Assembly: GCA_028534125.1 (NCBI GenBank)
Contig: CM052816.1
Location: forward strand, 48,982,001 to 49,046,000
DNA: 64,000 nucleotides
Direction: 5' to 3'
Source of the DNA: Lama glama
Lineage: Eukaryota
Shown: in pieces, positions 52,651 through 64,000 of the stretch
Layout: every line of letters starts with the position of its first letter
Position numbering within the stretch: the first letter of the stretch is position 1
The notes under the pieces: model-generated
Databases searched by the model: none
What the model saw: only the letters and a program-made list of their open reading frames with translations
What the model was told of the DNA's origin: nothing
Made by a program: the position numbers and the translations under genes

Positions 52651-54744
52651 AAATAGGTGTTGAAATAAATGTCAGTTTTTGAGATATAGAAACAGACCTA
52701 TATGATTATGATAAATATCAGATAATAAAGAAGAATAGCTATTTTGACTCAAAAATATATATTACACAAGCAGAATCTAATACAGTACATTTGACTAAGT
52801 AGAAATTCAGGTATTGCATAATTTGATTATCCTTGCAGACATTCAGGGAACATAGGTGGGCATAAAGTCAATTAAGTGAGTAACTTAGTAGAATACCAAA
52901 GATGGAAAACCCCAAAGATTTTCACAGCATTTTGAGACTTTTTAAATGACACCACCATTTTTGTTACAAGTTATGAAAACCTAAGAAGCTGTTTTAAAAT
53001 GTGCTTATAAGAAATTTGTGAGATTCTTTGAAATAGGATGTCATAATAAACTTCATTCAATATTATTTTATCTGTGATTATATACTATAATCTCTCAATC
53101 ATCTCATTTCCCTTTTTTCATAAATACATAGGTAGAGTGTATAGGAAGTATGGAGAAATTTTATAAAAACAAAATACTCTTTTTAGGAAGTCTTGTTTGT
53201 TTGCCTTATAAAGAATTGATGTGGGGAATAAAAGAAATGCAAAAAGAGGAGCTAACAGTCTAGTTCTCAGATTTGTATTTTGATGTGTGTCTTTCAAACT
53301 AAAAATATATTGAATACATTGAATGTTATTTTTAAATTACAATTTTCAATTTATTGAGCATTTTGTTCTGTTCTAAAGTTTTAATTTTGACATAACACTA
53401 GATGTTATTACCGAACATTTGTTCTAATAGCACAAAGATGGTGGTTAATTATAGTTGGTAACAGTCACACACTTATACAAAGAAGATGAGTTGTATGATT
53501 TGTTTGTTTTAGCTCAATTCTAATTGGTTATTAAAAATCACAGGAATATTTTTATTTTTATTATATTATTATTATCTGCTTATAATTTTATTCCTCTCTG
53601 GTAATTTGGCCATAATTTCCTGAAGTATTCAATAGTACTTGCCTAAACAAGTACTATTACTTTTATCTTCAAATTCCAAGTTGCAGATAATGTTCATAGT
53701 CCATACCTATGCAATAAAATTAGGAGCTATTTCTATTGCTGAAGAGCAATTTGTTGAATTATTAGAGAGTTATAATCATATTCAGTACCCAAAGTGTCAC
53801 AAATGTTTAAAAAATGCAAAAACCTCACGTATTCTCAGAAAAGATAGGATAATCTCTTTTTTCTCATACAGGAAACGTTTCTGTAAATAAACAAGTCTTT
53901 TGTAATGTCAAGCAATTGCTTTGCAAAAAATGGTACTACAGCATAAAAAATTAATTCAGTTCATAGAAGGCTGTTAAAACTTGACAAGTTTTATTCCAAA
54001 AATAAATAAAAGTCTGTCACTGTGGTTTTCTCAGACTCTAGCAATCTTTCACACAAGATATTATCTGTAATCTCATTGAAAATAAACATGACTACTTTCT
54101 ACCATGCATAAAAATATATACGTTTATATTTTATTCCTATATGCCAAGTGAATCATTCTGTGTTTGTGACTAGTTTAAATTAGGTAATTTGTGAGAAATA
54201 AGGAAATCCTGCAATAACATAGCACAAAGATTGCTTCAAAATTGAAATGCTGCTATAAGGAAGCTCACACAGCAAGATGTCTTTGCTTGCACAGGAAGAT
54301 ACCCACCTTTTGTGAAATATAGTCCAGTGCAGGCTTCTAACAACATGATCTTTTTTTTTATTTTTAACCTTTCAGAAAGCTGCTCAATATCTACAGATTC
54401 TATGAAGCAGAAGTCATGCTGGTTTCTGAAAGGTTCAAAAAATTGGGGTCCAACAGGGTTTTTCTCTGACCAAATTTTGTGCTGAATCCACTGCATCAAA
54501 TTGCCTGTGTGTGTTAAGTCTTCAGCAGAGAATGAATCCAGCCTGCTGCTAAAACAGGCCCCCGCCCCCTTTCCTCACCATCCTCTCTAACCCGTCTCCC
54601 ATGTGCTGGGGAAAAGAAAATCTTTCTTTTCTATCACTTCAGCAGAATGATGAATTCCCCAATCTAGTGGAATCCACTCTTTAGTTTAACGGTTTTAAAA
54701 ACATATAGGCTCAGAGCCTCAGAAAAACAGTCAGTCGCACAGCA

Positions 54745-54905
54745 TACTAAAACCTTCCCTAATCTAGGAGTTAGGAAACCTGATTTTGTTACATAGCTCT
54801 GATACTATCCATGTGTCTCTCTGGGCCTCAGTTTTTTCACTTACATGATTACATACTTGAACACGATAATTTGTCAGCTTCTTAACAGATTATCTGATTC
54901 TAAAA
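54745..54905 (+). mobile_element. MIR/MIR3 SINE
   Basis: ggagttaggaaacctg...ctctctgggcctcagttttttcac. Confidence 0.65.
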
Positions 54906-55553
54906 CAGAACAGTTTTTAACCTGAAACATTCAGTATTTTTTCTCTGGTTTCCTACAAACTCGAAGAGTTGATATACCCTTGAAAGCCTAATTTACTGTG
55001 AAACACATTATTTATTGACCTTAGCAACTTTTCATCACAAACCACTGAATATATCTTCTACTAATGTTCTATTTGTGTGAAGTAATCTTACTTTGATATT
55101 TGCCATTCTGCGTGTTAAGAAGGTATCATCACTAAACAAAAATGCTTCCCAGTGACAATATTATCTCTCTACCTTTTGTCTTCTAAATAGTAGTTTTTAA
55201 GAGTATTAAAGGAAATGGTGAAATAGATTGATCCTATATTGAAATGATAGTTCTCTTTTTCCCTTTATTCCCTTCAAGGTATCTTTTGTTCTGATTCACA
55301 TAAGCTCACAGCTGTCTCACATACTGCCTATGAAAACTACCATATCTTCATCCAAAACATGAGATTAGATTCACGCATCCCACCCTCCTCTTTTCAGGTA
55401 ACTGTCCAAATAACTACTACTGTTAGAACAACTGTGCTTTTTACCATTACTTTTCCCACCATCATTACTGTTTAGTAAAGTTCACTGGATTGGTTATTAC
55501 TTGGCTAATTTTAAAAAAAGTTCAAATCTAAATAAAACATAGCATTCTATATC

Positions 55554-55750
55554 TTTTTTTAAATTGACATATAGTCCATTACATGTCAGTCTCTAGTGTA
55601 CAGCATAGTAGTAGTTCAGTCATATATATATACATATATTTATTTTCATATTCTTTTTCTTGAAAGGTTATTATAACGTATTGAATATAGTTCTTTGTGT
55701 GATACAGAAGAAATTTGTTTTTTATCTATTTTTATATTTAGTAGTTAATA
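55554..55750 (-). mobile_element. Short cetartiodactyl/camelid-type L1 3' end
   Basis: Poly-T, aattgacatatagtc, gtgtacagcata, ggttattataacgtattgaatatagttc. Same type as 6761-6825. Confidence 0.85.
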
Positions 55751-57282
55751 TAGTAACACAGTAGTTGACATGATAGGGACAATGTGAAGTAGATGTTTGG
55801 ACTCAGCAATACATAAAAAAGATCAGAATGCTATTTTAAAATTCAGCAATTGAGTAATACTATATAAATTTTGGATATGAAATATCAGTGAAAGGCAGGA
55901 TAATTTAACATGCAATAATTAAAAAGAAGCTCAATTGTTGTGGAGAGGAGGGTAGAGCTATTCCTGAAACAGTGAAAAAGAAATGCAGTGAAAGTGTAGG
56001 TTTTGCCAGATTAAAAACACACATAACTTTCAATAAACGTACACTCTAGCATTTTTCAGTGTAGGAAGTACACATTGCAGAGAAAAACTGTCCAAAGCAT
56101 TTAAACTGAATAGGCAGTACTATATTTTAGGAAATGAAAAGGTCACTTACCAAAGACATAAAATAAAATTGTATTGATGGTTAGCTCTAGGAGACTGTAG
56201 TCTAAAAATTGTCATATTAGATTAGTGTTACACGTATACAGCCTCCCCCGCCCCCACCACACACATACATAAGCAGACTCAGTTGTACAAATGCTAGTTT
56301 TCAGATGGAGTTAATAGTAAGAGTAGAGAAAAAACTTAAAGCTTGAATTATAATAAAATTAACTTTTAGAGCATATTTAACTTCAAATGCTTGCTAATTT
56401 TTAAAACTCTATTTATGTAAAGTTAATAGGAAATGTTAGAAAAGATTTGAATTTATATTGCCTTTTTTGGTAAAATGAGTTGCATTAACAATGCTCTTTA
56501 AACTACTTTGCCCCTCAATAAAAATAATTTATGCAAAAATCGTATTAGCGTTTTAAGCCCTGAGAATGCAGTTTGCTTCATTCTGGCAGTTACTCCCTGA
56601 CCCTCTCAAAGATGATAGCTTCATTGTGCCTGATCTGACTTACTTAATAAAGAGGATCGAATTATAAATAGTCTTACATTGATAAATTCTACTCCTTTCT
56701 TTTACAAGTTACATTTGTCAAAGTGAGTTAAATAAAAATGCATGTCAGGTCCATTACAGAATTTTTAAAAATACATTTACTATATTATTTGTATCGTTCT
56801 CATATAACTCAGCCATATTAGAAATGAGCAGTAAAAATGGATTGATTAATGTTACCTGTTCATTGGGAAAATTAGTAGAAAGAATATCCACTACTCCTTA
56901 ATATCGCAGGTTAATTGCCATTATTAACCAGGATTTACCCTCGTTCACATTACCTTCTTGCTTTACTCCATTTCCTTGATTTCACCTTATATCCTGTCAA
57001 CTTCCTAATGTGATTTTCACGCTAACTTCTTTCTGAGCTCTTGTATAATTGATTCTTTAACATCTCTACCCAGATGACCCCTGACACTATAACCTTACAT
57101 ATTTAAAACTGAACGTCTCACTTTTTCCATCAACTCATATATGTTTACTTCTTTGTATTTCTCATTTCACTTTTACTGTCATTATCCATTTGTTTTTCCG
57201 TATCACTTTGAAGGCATGGTTCTCTCACTGAATCTTAACCTCCAAAGGGAAGCCTGCTTTATACATCTCTATATTACTATTC

Positions 57283-57525
57283 TATTGCATGATAGAGTTA
57301 AGAGCACCGACTCTGGAACCAGATTACCAAGGTTCAGCTATGTCTTTGAATATTGATATGATATTTGAAAGATTGCTTAGCCTTTGTGTTAGCTTCCTGA
57401 TCTGGAAAATGGAAATAATAATAGTTTTACCTCACAGGGCAGTATTCAGGATAAACTGAGATAACACTTGCGAAGTAAATAGAAAGCACTCAATCAATGT
57501 CAACTACAAATTATTATAACATTTA
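57283..57525 (+). mobile_element. Near full-length MIR SINE
   Basis: gttaagagcaccgactctggaaccaga...ttcctgatctggaaaatggaaataataatag...acctcacaggg...aagcactcaatcaatg. Confidence 0.9.
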
Positions 57526-60399
57526 GTATTATTATTCTATCTCCATGCCTGCCACAGTGACTGTGTACTGAATGACTAAATCAACTAATGCAAGAAAACA
57601 AGAACTATTTTGCAAGATCCATAAAAATTTTCTTGACAAATTACTGTAAAAATCTGTGTTTAAAAGGAAAGATATGTTACTTCAGATGTAAAATTATTGA
57701 ATTATTAATTATTTACAAGTATTTTATAGTATAGATGTTCTCTGGTATAAGACAATGGATTTGCCAGATCCTAAAAGTGTCAGTCATATGTGCAGAGGTT
57801 ATTGAAACTATAATCTTTACAATTCCATGTAGAATAGGAGTCAGGTTAAAAATTTAGCTTGTTATACAATTTTCCCAAACATATTCATTGTTTACATCAA
57901 AGAGTTTCTCAAGATACATTCTCCAAAAAAATGGTAAAACCAGGTAGCAAGTACTAGAGAAATACAGTTGTCTGGTCTGGCCAGTAGTTTTGAGAGATAA
58001 TGTGTCAAAGAGGTAAACGGATTTCTTCACTGTAATACTTCTCAGATACTATAATCCAGTAATTTCCATTATGAAAATCTAGAAAATGTTATGTATGAAA
58101 TAGAATTTTTCCTACATTTATTTAGGCTTTATTCTGAGAGCATCATTTGGGACTTGCTCTGTCAAGCAAGCTAAAAAAATTACTTTAAACTTTTATTTAT
58201 TGTTTGTTGATTTGGTTTGGTTTGAATTCCACCTGCATAGTCAATTCGATTCTTTATATAAAAGGGAACAGAATAGATGGGAGCGTAATTTTCCTAGTGA
58301 CATTGGATATTTTGTCATCAGGTATTTCTGGCTAATATTTTCTTGGATTTTGTAGATTCAGTTAGTGGCATAGTCTTGATTTAGAAATGGATAGGGAAAT
58401 GAAAAGTTAGAGAAGTAATGAGAAATTTTCTCAGTACTCCTCAGTCTTTTTCCTCTCTTAGCATACTATAGATGAGACTGTATCTAACTGGAGTGTCAAA
58501 ATATTTTTTGTGGGGTCAGATGAGAGAAGGGCCCTTTAGAGAACTTGGAGTGAGGAGAGTAGTTTATTTTCTTTGATAAATAAGATAGTGTCATTTACAT
58601 GTTCTTTTGTTCAAGGAGAAAGTCAGACTCAAAACTTAAGCACATGTTTATTCAAGTATGTCTCATAGAAATTCAAGAATTAAACTCACCTGCCTTATAT
58701 AATTAAAATTCTAGGGGTACTTATACTATAATTGAATTATAAGGTGCCCTGTGAGTTTTAACACCTTGAGGGAGAAAGCCATAAAACTAAATGGCTCTCT
58801 AGCTGACTGCAAAATGAATGAGGCCTCTATAATTCATTAACAGATGATCCCAAGATCCTTAAAACTTGAATAAACAGTCAGACTTTTAAAGAATATTTGT
58901 CTTTTTTAATCTAAGTAAAACACATGCTTAACTTCCTTGTTTTTCTTAGAAGAAACAATATGAGCTTTCCAAATGACCCACATGATTTGTAGCTAATTTT
59001 CTAAAATTCTTTTTCCATTCCAGTTCAGATTAGCTTGTTTTCCAGTTTTATTTTTTAATTTCTTATTTTCACATTTATGAATATTTTTCCAGGAAATTTG
59101 AAATAACAATAAGAGAAATATAAACCAATGTTATGCCACACGTGTGTGTGCACACATGTGTGTGTTTAATATAGTCTTTTTCTGAAGGTATATTAATAAG
59201 GTCAAAAGACAAGAGAGAGGTAGTGAGAGAGACATACATAAAGCACATGGGCCACAGAGCTGAACTGTGGTCATTTTGAACCTTAACAAGTTTCTTGGTC
59301 TTCCATTCATTTGTTCGTTTTGTGGAAAGCAGACAGCTGACAAGATTCCCTCTGTTTTTCAGTGTGTAGTGCTGCAGCTCAAAGAGGAGACAGAAAATGC
59401 CACAAATGTTTACTTGCTTGATTCAGTCCCTCTGTCTTTATCACTAAAACTGTTTTTTAATTAATATAATACTTCACTGTAACATGACACATTCAGTGTA
59501 GATACTGGAGACTTAACTATACCAATGCATAAGAAAGATTGATTTTAGGAGTTTAGAGGGATGCTCTATAAGGAAAAACAGATTTGGTGAGGAAGTATTG
59601 TGAAAATTGTATTGGTTCCTTCACCCCTACTATTATATTTCTGTTTCTATCCTGTCCTTTGCCATTTCTCATACCTCAACTGGATTAACCAACTAAAACC
59701 TTCCCAGTCACTACGGCACTCCATCAAGATTCCATAAAATAGCATTAGTGTTCTGTTTTGTTTCTTAGAGAATCCGGTTAGTATTGCTTTCAAACAGGTC
59801 CTGATAATAGTATGGGGTTTCCATGTGGACAGATTCGATTCAACATTTTATAAGCCAATGACAATACTGAGTTGCTGTAGAAATCTCCATGGAGCTTGTA
59901 TTCAGATGGGGCACATGTTTATTTTTATTTTAATTGTTTACAGTCTTAATTCTCTAGTATAAAAGTGCCTGCAGCTCTATTTATTCCAAAGCATCATGGA
60001 CCTATCTGTGCGAAATACATAACCAATATGCTCTAACAGAGAAACAACAGTGATCGTAGAATTCTCTATGCAGTGTCATTTTACAAAGAAAGTAGTAATT
60101 CTCACACCTGGGATAAATACTGAGTAACTGCCATAGTTATTAAATTTGTAACAGGAACTTTTCTTTTTTAAAAAATTAAAAATATATGAAACTGCAACTG
60201 AAGTGGAATCATGTAACATTACAAAATGCATATCTTGCTTTTTCCTGGTTTTATACTAGCTCACTTATTTAAGATAAGGGTGATTCCTTTTTAAATTGTT
60301 TTGCTTATTGCAGATATCAATTAAATTTCTCTTTTGGTTATTATGAAGAGATGTTATTTTAATTGTATTTTAATTGTATCTAGAGGAACATCCTTGCTA

Positions 60400-62430
60400 C
60401 ATATAATCTTACTAAGTCATATCCTGACAAAAAGACTAGTTTTGCAGCAGAATTTGTAACCGTAATTATAATCTACATTTTTAACTTTCTGAGAGGAGTA
60501 GTAACACACACATGGGTATGTAGGTAGGTAGGTAGGTAGGTAAATAGATAAGCAGGCAGATGTCGAATATAAATTTAGTTTATGGATTACTACAAAGCAA
60601 AACATCTGTTATGAATGTTCAGAACTCTCTAGAAGCACCCCTTTTGCCAGTATACCCACCTCTCTCTCCAGAGGGAAACTAATGTTTCGAGTTCTATATA
60701 TAGGTCATTCCTGTTTATGACCTTTAAATAAATTGAATATTATATTATATGTACCTTCGAGTTTTCTGTATCTCCTTCCTTTTACTATTGTTTTGTTATA
60801 GTTATCCGTGTAATAGCTCATAGCTACAGGTTTTCATTTTTATTGTGAGATACTGTTATACGTATCTACATACATATCTTAATATAAATAAGATAAAATA
60901 AATTTGTTTATTCCGATGTTGGACATTTGAGTTGTTTCCAATTTGAGGTGATTATATTGTTATGAACATTTTCTGCAAGTCTTTTATTACATATATGGTT
61001 GCATCTTCTGAATATGGCACAACTGAGTCTTAAGGTATGAATGTATAAGTTCAGTAGCTATTACTAAAATGTTTACCAAAATGGTTCTATCAGTTTACTG
61101 GTAAATGCATAATATGAGAGTTTGCACTGCTTGATATTGTGGCTAATTTTTGGTATTGCCAGGCTCTTTAGTTTTAGTCATTCTAGCAGGTGTATTAATA
61201 GTGTCTATTAAGTTTAATTTGCATCTCCTGAAGAATAAGATAGAGCACTGTTCATATACCACGTTACCACTTGAATAGCATGTCACTTCCACATCATTCT
61301 TGGTCGTCTTTATTTTTTTGATTGATTCATAGAAGTTTGTTTGTATTATAACCTAGTTGTATGAGCCAAATATGAGCCATTTGTCAATTACATACACTGT
61401 TAAGTGTTTTCTCCCATTCCATGGCTTTCTTTTTTTTCTCTTAATGGTCTCTTTTGATAAACAGATGTTCTTAACTTCAAAGCAGTTTGATTTATTAATT
61501 TTTTTGCTTATTACATTTTGTATCCTGTTTAAAGTATTCCCAACTCCAAGATTGAAAAGATATTTTCTTCAATATATTTTATTATCTTGACTTTCACATT
61601 TTTATCTATAATCAAATTTGAAATATTTTAGTGTAAGGTAAAAAGAGTCAGGTTGTGATTTTTCCGATAGATAGCCAATTAAAACAGCACCCCTTATTGA
61701 AATGACCGTGCTTTGTCCCACTGCACTATCATGTGATTTTGCTCAGAATAACTTTCATGTAACTGTGGGTCTATGTATTGCTAGTTTTCTGTTTATTTCT
61801 CTGTTGTTTCACTAATACCACACTTTGTGAATTAGTAAAGCTCTCTAAGTCTTCATATTTGACAGTCTGTATTCCCACCTCCTTCAGGAATGTCTGTTAC
61901 TCTTGTCACTTCGTGTAAGTTTTTCAACTTTTTATCAAAGTGGACATAAGTGTACAGCTCAATACATTTTCTTAAATGAAACACACACTTCTTGTCATCA
62001 CCCAGAACAAGAATAATAAAGAAATAGTGCTGGCACCTCAGAACGCCTGGACTTACTCCTGACCATTTATTATACTCTCTTGCCCAGGACAACCATTATT
62101 CTGACTTCTAACAATATAGTTTAGATTAGCCCGCACTTTTTTCCTTTACATAAATGGAACTATTCAGAGTTCTTTTGTGCCTGGCTTCAATTGCAGAGTA
62201 TTGTATTTGTGAAATTCATCCAAATAGCTGGCTGTAGCTTTTTATTTGCATTGCAATATAGTGTTTCAGACATACAAAAATGTATTATCCTTCCTGTGGC
62301 TGTTGGATATGTGGGTGTTTCCTAGTTTTCGTCCAACATAAATAAGTGCTAGAAGTATTCCAGCACATGTATTTTCGTGACCTATTTATCCATTTTTGTT
62401 GTGTGTAAGAACAGAACTGTTTAGATATAT
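60400..62430 (-). mobile_element. Old LINE-1 3'/ORF2 fragments (L1ME/L1MD-like, at least two pieces) with (TAGG)n at about 60520-60542
   Basis: tggacatttgagttgtttcca, ttaatggtctcttttgataaacagatgttcttaa, aaccattattctgacttctaaca. Confidence 0.8.
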
Positions 62431-62438
62431 CATATTGC

Positions 62439-62920
62439 TGTATTTTTCTGCTGTTGCATGACAAATCAATTGAGATGTAAACACAAAAACATTCTATAGG
62501 TTCATTATTCTGAGGTCTGGACTGGACATAGCTGGGCAATTTTCCTGCTAATGTTGCTTCCACATGTAGCTTCATCTAATTGGTTGGTTGTGGCTGGGAT
62601 TAGCTGGAATAATGGCACAGCATACCAACTCTCTCCATGTAGTTATAGCCTTCTCTCCATGTAGCCTTTTCATGTGGTCTCTCCAGCACAGGAAATGAAT
62701 TTCTCATATGTTGCTCAAAGTTCCCAATAATGCACAACACAAGAGTTGCTAGGCCTTTTTCAAACTGAGGTCCAAAACTAGCACTGCATCCCTTTACCAC
62801 ATTTTTTTGGCAAAATCATTTCATAGGTTCAGACCAAATTGAGGAAAATGAGACCCCAGAAGAGCATGAATACTGAAAGATGTGGTTCATAATAGGCCAT
62901 CAATATAACAGACCGCTCCA
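62439..62920 (-). mobile_element. MaLR solo LTR (MLT1H-like)
   Basis: ctctccatgtagccttttcatgtggtctctccagca, gagcatgaatactgaaagatgtggttcat. Confidence 0.75.
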
Positions 62921-62959
62921 TCTACCTTAATAGTTTTTATGGAGTTTGCTCTGTGATTT

Positions 62960-64000
62960 TCCATTCTTATGCTGTGCTTGTTAGATATTGAAATTGGGGT
63001 CATGCTGGATACATAAAAACAGCTGAAAAGTGTTCTTTTCTATTCCCTGGAACTGTTCATGCAATATTGTTGTTTTTATCTTTCTTAAATGTTTGGGAAA
63101 ATTTACCAGTGAAGCCATATGAGCCTGGGATTTTCTTTGTGGGAAGATTTTAAATAAAAGATTCCATTTTTAGGCTAAATATTGGCCTATTTCTTTTTTT
63201 GTTAGTTTTTGCAAAGTTATAATTTTGAAAACGATGTTCATTTAGTACATATTATGAGACTTACGCTTTAATTTTTATCTTCTTTTTCTTTGTTGATATC
63301 GAATAGAAGTGTATTAATAGCTCCTTCATTATACTCATTGATTTGGGCTCCATCACTATTATTTATTTCTACTTTCTTTGAAATTGATTGGCTATTATTT
63401 TCTTCTTGAGATGGAAATTTAGGTAACTGAGTTTAAGCCTTTTGTCTGTTCTAATAAAGGCATTTTAAGTCTATACCAATTTCTGTAAACACTAATTAAG
63501 TTAGTCTCTCATTGTGAATAGAGTGACAGTGAAGTCATGACATAAGTATCTTTGAATTTCATTTTGATGATTGTTAGTATTGTATTGTTTACTTGCATTT
63601 ATTTGGGGTTTCTGGTTATTTTTCTCCTTATTGATTTTTAGCTGTATTATATTGTATTCAAAGAACATATGTTGAATTTTTTCAAACATTTAAGGACTTT
63701 TTGAAGCTTTATTTCTTGCCCAGCATATGGTTTACTTAATATTTTTGTGGTAATTGTTCTGACTATATTTGAAAAAGTATGAATTCTCCCGATTTGGGGT
63801 GTAATTTTGTATGCATGCTCATTAGTCACATTTCTTCTTATCTTTAGTACCCTTTCTGTTGTTTCCCTAGCAGCTATTGAGAGAGGTACCTTAATGTTTT
63901 TGATTATCTTGGCGATTTCTGTACTCCTTCTTTGCCATTTTTGATTTTTTTTCTTTAATTTTGAAGCTGTAATTGGGTGTGTACACAAGTAGGATAGATT
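62960..64000 (-). mobile_element. Old LINE-1 ORF2 (endonuclease-to-linker region), running off the window end
   Basis: accagtgaagccatatgagcctgggattttctttgtgggaagatttt, cccagcatatggt, atttgaaaaagtatgaattctc. ORF 63647-63988 is a decayed endonuclease-region frame. Confidence 0.85.

Larger units (their letters stand above)
50308..52663 (-). mobile_element. Youngest LINE-1 in the window: 5'-truncated inside the RT domain, camelid-like 3' UTR, 17-bp TSD
   Basis: TSD aataaatgtcagttttt at 50291-50307 and 52664-52680; minus-strand target TC/AAAAA fits L1 endonuclease preference; long ORF2 peptides retained. Confidence 0.98.

Noticed and set aside
51121..52663. Plus-strand ORFs of 75-118 aa
   Set aside because: These are the usual antisense frames of L1 ORF2, and one spans the N gap.
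54236..54550. Minus-strand open frame (SRLDSFSAEDLTHTGNLMQWIQHKIW...) as a coding exon
   Set aside because: The donor (AAG|GTTAAA) is weak and I recognise no homology. It cannot be supported without a search.
59138..59165. Mixed CA/TG quasi-palindrome (possible Z-DNA)
   Set aside because: A short, degenerate microsatellite of a common kind.
1..64000. A novel multi-gene system, operon or CRISPR array
   Set aside because: This is mammalian repeat-rich DNA. There are no long non-L1 ORFs and no repeat-spacer array; the tandem units have only about two copies.

Overview
Mammalian genomic DNA, AT-rich and CpG-poor. I find no recognisable protein-coding gene, RNA gene, CpG island, CRISPR array or prokaryotic system. 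Much of the window is interspersed repeat: LINE-1 fragments of several ages, MaLR (MLT1) solo LTRs, one probable ERV solo LTR, MIR, L2 and hAT-like remnants, and microsatellites. The younger L1 3' UTRs look cetartiodactyl. The youngest copy (50308-52663, minus strand, 17-bp target-site duplication, disrupted ORF2) resembles camelid L1, and I saw no ruminant, pig, horse, carnivore or primate SINEs, so a camelid source is my inference, not a proven result. The window reads as deep intron or gene desert. The only ORFs with real protein homology are L1 ORF2 remnants. I cannot support a new multi-gene system. The best leads are small: a ~154-bp imperfect palindrome (43975-44128), a ~51-nt hairpin (36855-36905), a well-formed 27-nt microexon candidate (41786-41812), a few minus-strand exon candidates, a ~150-bp micro-inversion inside an old L1, a tiny twin-primed L1 insertion and two near-perfect tandem duplications. 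Repeat family names and the boundaries of old repeats were assigned by eye from remembered consensus sequences and are approximate.
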